A stretch of 63,162 bases of DNA, counting the filler, from Lenisia limosa (lineage: Eukaryota > Protista > Breviatea), in the NCBI GenBank assembly GCA_001655205.1. It is 14 parts of 14 records of this genome, joined end to end, with 100 filler letters (N's around TTAATTAATTAA, not from the genome) between each part and the next. Parts side by side here need not be neighbours in the genome. Positions count along the whole stretch, not along the records: positions 57,240 to 59,840 come from LPNZ01009992.1; positions 59,941 to 61,815 come from LPNZ01004499.1; positions 61,916 to 63,162 come from LPNZ01004062.1; 11 more parts are not named here. One strand, written 5' to 3'. The notes below the pieces were generated by a model. That model saw only the letters and a list, made by a program, of their open reading frames with translations, did not search any database and was not told the origin of the DNA. Shown here piece after piece: positions 57,240 to 63,162 of the stretch (position 1 is the stretch's first letter; each line of letters begins with the position of its first letter). A program made the translations under genes and the position numbers.

Positions 57240-58369
57240 GGGGGCGATGAGTGACTTGTCAAGAACAGGTATGAGTGACTTGTCAAGCGTGAGCAATAAG
57301 AACGCGTGAGCAATTATCGACATTAAAGCAAAGAGGACAGATGGGAAATAGAGAAAAGCGACAATAGCTGTGAGAGTAATGCCGCTTCGTACGAAACCAT
57401 TTATAAAACAAACAGCTTTTTGCACGTACATCATCAAGAAATGAAGAATCATAAGTTCAGCATTATTGAAAAGAAAAATCCACATACATTGTTTTCTATT
57501 TTCAGCTTCTTCCTCTCTTCAGCACTGAGCTTAACGATAGCTGGTCGCAGCTCCCCTGATCCTGAGGGATGAAGAAAAAAACCAGATGTCTTGATCGTGT
57601 ACAGGGATGAGGAATCAGAAAAGGTTGTATTAGCTATGTTGCTGGAGAGGCACTCAGAAAACTGTGTGCACAGAGTTGTAAACACTACACTATAATCCTA
57701 TGTCTCTATCAGTGGTTGTTCAATTTCTCATATGCATATGAATAGTGTATGATATGACATATCATATAGATTATATGGTATCATATAGATTCCAGAATTA
57801 ATCCCTTTCGTCCATAACAACTTGCCAAGTAGAGGGAGTTCTGCAAACCTAGAGTGGTTTCAATAGACTTAACCGCTTCTCTCAACTAAGTAGTAAGTCT
57901 CTGAAAATAGTTCTGAAGTTCTCCAACAAAATTGAAAAAAAAATCAACTATGGTGTCAACCTTTGATTAACCCGCCAACCTCTGTGAAGTTCTTTGCCTG
58001 TGCAATGATTTGGTTGAGGTGCGTGTGGTGGGGAAGAAACGTCTTGAAGAAGCGGAATATGTGCATTCTTGAGGGGTGAAAAAGAGGCAGAATAAATTTA
58101 TACGTCTCTAACAGAGAGTGAAAACACCTGTTTATTTTTGGAAACGTTTCCGCAAGCCAATCTTCAAAGACAAGTGGTGTTGAGCCCCATTCTACCTGGC
58201 TTGGGCCATAAATGTTTCGATCTTGAGATCTTCCACAATGTCCAAATCTGGAAGGTTAAAACATATTATATCGTATCTTGTGGTTTTTATGAAATACAAG
58301 GAAAATACACGTGATTGTTCTTCCCAATAATGGGGCCCAAAAAGAGGTCAGCCTTTCAAAACTGCTAAC

Positions 58370-59552
58370 ATTTGTATGACATCTCCACGGACTTTCGGTA
58401 ATCCTAAACAGTCACAGTGGACACACTATGTGGATTCAGCATTCCCAAAAAGGGAAATGAATAGCAAATGTACAAGTAGATTTGATTGAGCATGTTTCCC
58501 CTCAAATGCATTACCCCTTACTCATTTACCTCCCCTCTCCCTATTGTTATCACTACCCCCCCCCCCCCCNNNNNNNNNNNNNNNNNNNNNNNNNNNNNNN
58601 NNNNNNNNNNNNNNNNNNNNNNNNNNNNNNNNNNNNNNNNNNNNNNNNNNNNNNNNNNNNNNGCTGATCTACGGTCTCAAAGAGTGCTGGGTTATGGAGC
58701 AGTCCTTCGCCACTCACAACTCCCTCACAGCCTGTGTGGCGGTGAAATCTTAACAGCGGTGTATGGGGTGGAGTAATTGCAGTCATGAAAGATTCATTTC
58801 TTATTAAACAGCCATGGTAAAATACAGCATGTTCAGATTCAACCTTTTTTCATAGCACACGATATCTCTTTTATAATCCTAAATGTCTATCAGTGTCTGG
58901 ATTTATTTCTGCCAGTAAATAAGCGCAAATATCAATATTACAAATCACCAATACAATCATATGCTGGTATGTCCAGCTTTCACCCCCTCCCAACCTGTAA
59001 AGTCTAGGCATTTCTGCGCTTCTGTCAGAGTACGAACATTTCCATTTGAGAGAACTGGAATGGACAACGCTTGCCTAATATGGTAAGTACAAATAATTAC
59101 GCTGTAACACTTGCCTAAAAAGGGATTTACGGATACAGCAGGCACGGACTATAGCGTACCGGACAGTTTTGATATACTCCCAGTCAGCAACGCCTGTCAG
59201 CTCGCCCTTCATCTTCAACGTGCGGCCGTGGATGCAAAGTACTGACGCACCCGCCGCCTCCAATCGCCGGGCAAACTGGAGGGGGGGGATGGAAAATCTA
59301 TTAAACAAAAAAAAAACCCAGAATCAACTCTGTTGGCTAAGCATTTGGAAACACAATAGCTTTAAACAACAAAACGAAGAGAGAAGTCACTCTCATGTAA
59401 TTATATTTGTATATGGATAAATTGAAGAACAGAACAGCAACCAAATTCGCAAAATCACCATTAATTGCCCACCCACCTCGACAGTCTTGTTCATAGAATC
59501 AAAGCGTCTGATTTTGACCCATACTTTAGTTCCTGAGGCCTTCACCATGGAC
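58370..59552 (-). CDS. tRNA-dihydrouridine synthase, DUS1-like (internal exons)
   Basis: KVWVKIRRFDSMNKTVE|FARRLEAAGASVLCIHGRTLKMKGELTGVADWEYIKTVR|QALSIPVLSNGNVRTLTEAQKCLDFTG|CEGVVSGEGLLHNPALF. Confidence 0.9.
59276..59345 (-). repeat. R3 3' module forming the DUS acceptor
   Basis: ttagccaacagagttgattctgggtttttttttgtttaatagattttccatcccccccctccAG|TTTGCC (FARR). Confidence 0.8.
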
Positions 59553-59840
59553 CTGAGCACTACTAAGAGGGCAAAACACTACCAAGCACCCAATTTAGAA
59601 AGCAACTACTACAATCTACTAGAGTTTATCACCAAAATTGAATCCTTGCATATTCCACCTTCACACCAAATGTGGCTTTCCATTGCAAGTTGATTGTTTC
59701 ACATGATCTCATATCAGTGAAAGAATTCCTTCTTTTTGGAACAAGTTCCCAACTAAGAGATCTTTATGGTTCTGGTTTCGACTTTTGACTGCAAAAACAA
59801 GGAAAAGAAGGCACCCCCTCCAACTTAACACATTCCTCGA

Positions 59841-59940
59841 NNNNNNNNNNNNNNNNNNNNNNNNNNNNNNNNNNNNNNNNNNNNTTAATTAATTAANNNN
59901 NNNNNNNNNNNNNNNNNNNNNNNNNNNNNNNNNNNNNNNN
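59841..59940. other. Artificial contig spacer 12
   Basis: 44 N + TTAATTAATTAA + 44 N. Confidence 0.97.
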
Positions 59941-61756
59941 TAGAGCCGTCCCAAGCATATGACCCCCGAGGGGATCAAAGCTGGATGGACAGAGCGCGGA
60001 TCAGACCAGACAGCAGAAAAGAATCTCTACAGGTACGAACAATATGGTGTCAAGTAAAATTGGAAAATTTATGAAACAAGAAAAAGAAGCCCACAATTAA
60101 CTCTGTTGGCTGACAATACACGAGGGTTGACAACAAAATAAAGAAAGCCAGGCCAATCGCTTTGGCAGCCCAAGATGATATTTTATGGAATTAGTCTTTG
60201 CAAAACACTAGGGTTTCCCTGAGGTCCAAAAAATAGCCGTAAAATATCGATATTTATCATGGATTTATTGAGAAATTCAGTATTTTTTTTTTGAGACTGT
60301 AGGTAAGCCCTAATTATGACAAATACGAGAGAAAGGAGAATGATAATAATAATATAATAATAAAATCGACAAAACAAACACACCACCCCACTATAGCATT
60401 TGGCAGGATTGACTGTGGATCCTGGGGCTTGGTACTCATATTCTTCACAGTAGTCCACGCACCGGGTAGAATTCGCGTTGTGGAAATAGTTCTAAGGATG
60501 GTTAATGATGAAAGGGTGGTCATGGTGATATAATGTTTTTTGATGAAGATGGTAATATATGATAATGATGGTAGCGATGATGATGATGATGCTGATGAAC
60601 CACCCTACCAGTTCTTCATCACAAGTCACACATTCAGTGTTATTTGAATGTAAGTTCAAGCCATAGTCAACACAGCTTCCGCAACCGAGCGTACACGCTG
60701 TTTTCGAATAAAGTAAGAGGGTGAAGTTCGAGATCAAATAATTTCCCATGTTTTTTGTCTTTTTTAAAAAAATTGGAATTCCTGGGGGGGGGGGATAAAA
60801 GTTAACTATTTTATGTGTGTATGTAGGAGGGTAGAATTGTAATTATTTTTATATTTATTGTTAATTGTAGGGAGGGTCTATTGAAGGGTCAATTATATGT
60901 TTTTATTGTGAGTAGGGGCTTCTTTTTTTATCTTTTGAGAATTATACGTACACTTCGGTTCGAAAAAAAAGACTAATATCTCGATAAATCCTCGAAAACT
61001 ATCGATGCTTTGCCGGTATTTTTCGAACCGAAGTGAAGCCCTAATTGTACGACTACATATATTCCCTCCCCCCCACGTGAACAGCCATGAGTTCCAATAA
61101 AGTATCCTTCCGGGCAGGAAGAAAGGCATGCCTAAATAGGTAAGTGAAAGAAAGGCTTGCCTAAAAAGGTAAGTAGACGAAAGGTTAAAATGGTTCAACC
61201 ACCCCATACCGATAATCTAGACCGGGAAATGAGGTTGAAACCCTCTGGGCAACTGCTGCAAGAGTTGCGTGAACGCGAACACGTGGGACAGTTTGGGCTG
61301 CAGGCTGGATGTGTGAATTTCTTATGACTGCATGTGTGAATTTCTTGCTAAGTTGAGATAATTGCTGTGGTGTTTTGCGTGAAAATTGTTGTGATTTCTT
61401 CTTGAAGTGAGAAAATGTGGCGTAATATAATTATAGTAATGATACAACCAAGGTTTCAAGCTAGATTCGATAAATTGTTGTGATTTCTAGTTTACATGAT
61501 TAATTTCTAAAGATAATTACAATTAACAAGATGACATATTTCTAACATATCGATACGATGAGGAAAAGACAGTTTGGGCTACAGGATGGATGTGTTAAGT
61601 TGTTAAATTACTATAGACATAATTGCATAGAATAGATACCGCATGTCCCTTACCTCTGCACTCAGTACTGAAGAGAAACGAGTAGGTGGTATTGGAGCAG
61701 GGTAAGCACTCGGCAAAGCGATTGGACGTGTTGGTGAAAGTATCACTGGGGCAGCC
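59941..61756 (-). CDS. Second furin-like Cys-rich protein (partial)
   Basis: GCPSDTFTNTSNRFAECLPCSNTTYSFLFSTECR|ACSPNCPTCSRSRNSCSSCPEGFNL; CTLGCGSCVDYG..ECVTCDEEL. Confidence 0.7.
60055..60170 (-). repeat. R3 element
   Basis: agtaaaattggaaaatttatgaaacaag…aattaactctgttggctgacaatacacgagggttgac…ggccaatcgc on +. Sense to the host gene; ~25 nt from an AG at ~60030. Confidence 0.85.
60209..60312. mobile_element. R1 MITE, old and degenerate
   Basis: tagggtttcc…aaaatatcgata…ggatttattgagaaattcagt…aagcccta. Confidence 0.6.
60949..61043. mobile_element. R1 MITE copy
   Basis: Right TIR intact, left TIR disrupted; flanks attatacg/attgtacg (7/8). Confidence 0.85.
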
Positions 61757-61812
61757 CTGGGGGGAATTAGAAATAAAATTGGAAAATTTATGTAACAAAA
61801 AAAAAAGCAAAG
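61757..61812 (-). repeat. R3 3' module at acceptor
   Basis: ttttgttacataaattttccaattttatttctaattccccccAG|GGCTGC (GCPSD). Confidence 0.8.
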
Positions 61813-61815
61813 CTT

Positions 61816-61915
61816 NNNNNNNNNNNNNNNNNNNNNNNNNNNNNNNNNNNNNNNNNNNNTTAATTAATTAANNNNNNNNNNNNNNNNNNNNNNNNNNNNN
61901 NNNNNNNNNNNNNNN
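61816..61915. other. Artificial contig spacer 13
   Basis: 44 N + TTAATTAATTAA + 44 N. Confidence 0.97.
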
Positions 61916-63031
61916 CAATCGGGAAGTCCAAATCTTCTCTAAGCTGGACCACCCCAACATCGTGGCCTATCATGGCATTCAGCACGTGCCGTCAACAGAA
62001 ACAATTTACATCTTCATGGAGCTGATGGCATGTTTGAGGGGGGGACATCAAAAATATCGATAGTTATCGAAGATTTGCGGGGAAATTCAGACTTTTATGG
62101 ATAGAGGGCATATGGCTGATTATCTCCACGGAGTTAATGGCTTGCCCGGTTTAATTTTTAATTACCTGTCATAAAAAAGAGTTGATTTCGGCTTTTTTTT
62201 TTGTTTCACAAATTTTCCAATACTTTCCCCCCATTCCTCTATATTTTTCACACCCCGTTTAGGCGGTTCTCTTGAAAACCAAGTTACGACATTCGGTCCT
62301 CTCTCAGAACGAGTGGCGCAGCTTTACACTGAACAAATCGTCGAAGCGCTCATCTATATCCATCAGTTGGATATTATTCATAGAGGTGTGTGTGTGGGTA
62401 TTAATAATACTATTCAGGTATAATTAGTGCTTCATTTCGGTTCGAAAAGACCGAAATATCGATAGTTTTGGAGGACTTATCGAGAAATTGAGTCTTTTTT
62501 TTGAACCGAAGTGAAGCCCTGGTATAATGGACAGAACAGCTCGTCAATTCAAGGAATAAAGACAACATCCGGAAAGCCCATATATTCAGTGACTGGGATA
62601 AGTCTTGACCTATTTTCCTTGGGAAGTCATATGCAATAATTCAATATCTCTGATAAGCGTTATGGTGTGGACGGCTTAGACCAGATACAACCTTGTTTTT
62701 TTTCTTCTCATATTGCTATACACATAAATTGTCCGTTTTACCATACTCTGGAGTGATGGGATGCGGTGCTACAGAAGCGACTGGCNNNNNNNNNNNNNNN
62801 NNNNNNNNNNNNNNNNNNNNNNNNNNNNNNNNNNNNNNNNNNNNNNNNNNNNNNNNNNNNNNNNNNNNNNNNNNCCAATTTTACTCCCAACCCCCAGACG
62901 TAAAAGGGGGAAACGTTTTGGTGAGTCAAGAAGGTATCGTGAAACTGGCCGATTTTGGCCTGGCGCTCGACGCCACTATTGCGGGCACGCAATGCGGCAC
63001 GCCAAACTTCATTAGTCCCGAAGTGATGCTG
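61916..63031 (+). CDS. Ser/Thr protein kinase, STE group (MAP3K/STE11/Cdc15-like), internal exons
   Basis: Exons 61916-62031, 62263-62385 and 62898-63031 give [86 protein letters not shown]. Confidence 0.93.
62168..62232 (+). repeat. R3 3' part
   Basis: agagttgatttcggctttttttttgtttcacaaattttccaatactttcccccc, ending 30 nt before the acceptor at 62261-62262. Confidence 0.8.
62425..62520. mobile_element. R1 MITE with perfect 8-bp TSD
   Basis: ggtataat at 62417-62424 and 62521-62528; the terminal A is missing. Confidence 0.88.
62587..62720 (+). repeat. R5 half-element joined to an R4 piece
   Basis: cagtgactgggataagtcttgacc…, then tatctctgataagcgttatggtgtggacggc…cagatacaacctt. Confidence 0.7.
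62748..62897 (+). repeat. R3 element ending at the kinase acceptor
   Basis: CTGGAGTGATGGGATGCGG…(gap)…ccaattttactcccaacccccAG|ACGTAAAA, completing the HRD codon. Confidence 0.85.
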
Positions 63032-63104
63032 GTGAGGGGTATGTGATTTTCACATGGATATCATGCATACAGTATATTATATACGTATGCTGTGGAGGCA
63101 CAGA

Positions 63105-63162
63105 GTGCACAGAGTTGTAAGGCAAATGATTGGGTGAATTAATATTGTACTATAATCCAATA
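63105..63162 (+). repeat. R4 element, 5' part
   Basis: gtgcacagagttgtaaggcaaatgattgggtgaattaat…tactataatcca. Confidence 0.8.

Noticed and set aside
1-63162. tRNA, rRNA, snRNA genes and autonomous transposase or reverse transcriptase ORFs
   Set aside because: None were recognisable by eye. A tRNAscan-SE/Infernal run would be needed to exclude small RNAs.

Overview
This is eukaryotic genomic DNA, intron-rich and in the standard genetic code, most likely from an amoeboid protist (inference; the taxon cannot be fixed from sequence alone). It is not one locus. It is 14 unrelated contigs joined by 13 identical artificial 100-bp spacers (44 N + TTAATTAATTAA + 44 N), so gene neighbourhoods across spacers mean nothing. 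I spliced exons by hand. Confident genes: M3A oligopeptidase, DOCK Rac-GEF C-terminus, TTC4/Cns1, SMC2 5' end, a CenH3-like histone, a BRCC36-like JAMM deubiquitinase, NMT 3' end, a DUS1-like synthase, a STE/MAP3K-like kinase and an IU-nucleoside hydrolase. Also present: an RNF121-like RING fragment, an LRR protein, a WD40 (AHI1-like) protein, a PSI-domain secreted protein, two furin-like Cys-rich proteins and a fibrinogen-like 'YCD..GGxW' protein. Introns carry at least four short repeat families: R1 is a hAT-type MITE with 8-bp TSDs, R5 is a Tc1/mariner-type MITE with TA TSDs, R4 is unclassified, and R2/R3 is described next. The most striking signal is R3 (~190 bp, with sister R2). Its pyrimidine-rich end (…TTTCATAAATTTTCCAATTTTACTCCCCC[AG]) repeatedly sits, in the sense orientation, 0-30 nt from the 3' splice acceptor of unrelated genes, so it appears to supply the polypyrimidine tract and sometimes the AG. 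Many introns also start with a G-run and end with a C-run, and four short duplications echo splice junctions. No rRNA, tRNA or CRISPR array was found.
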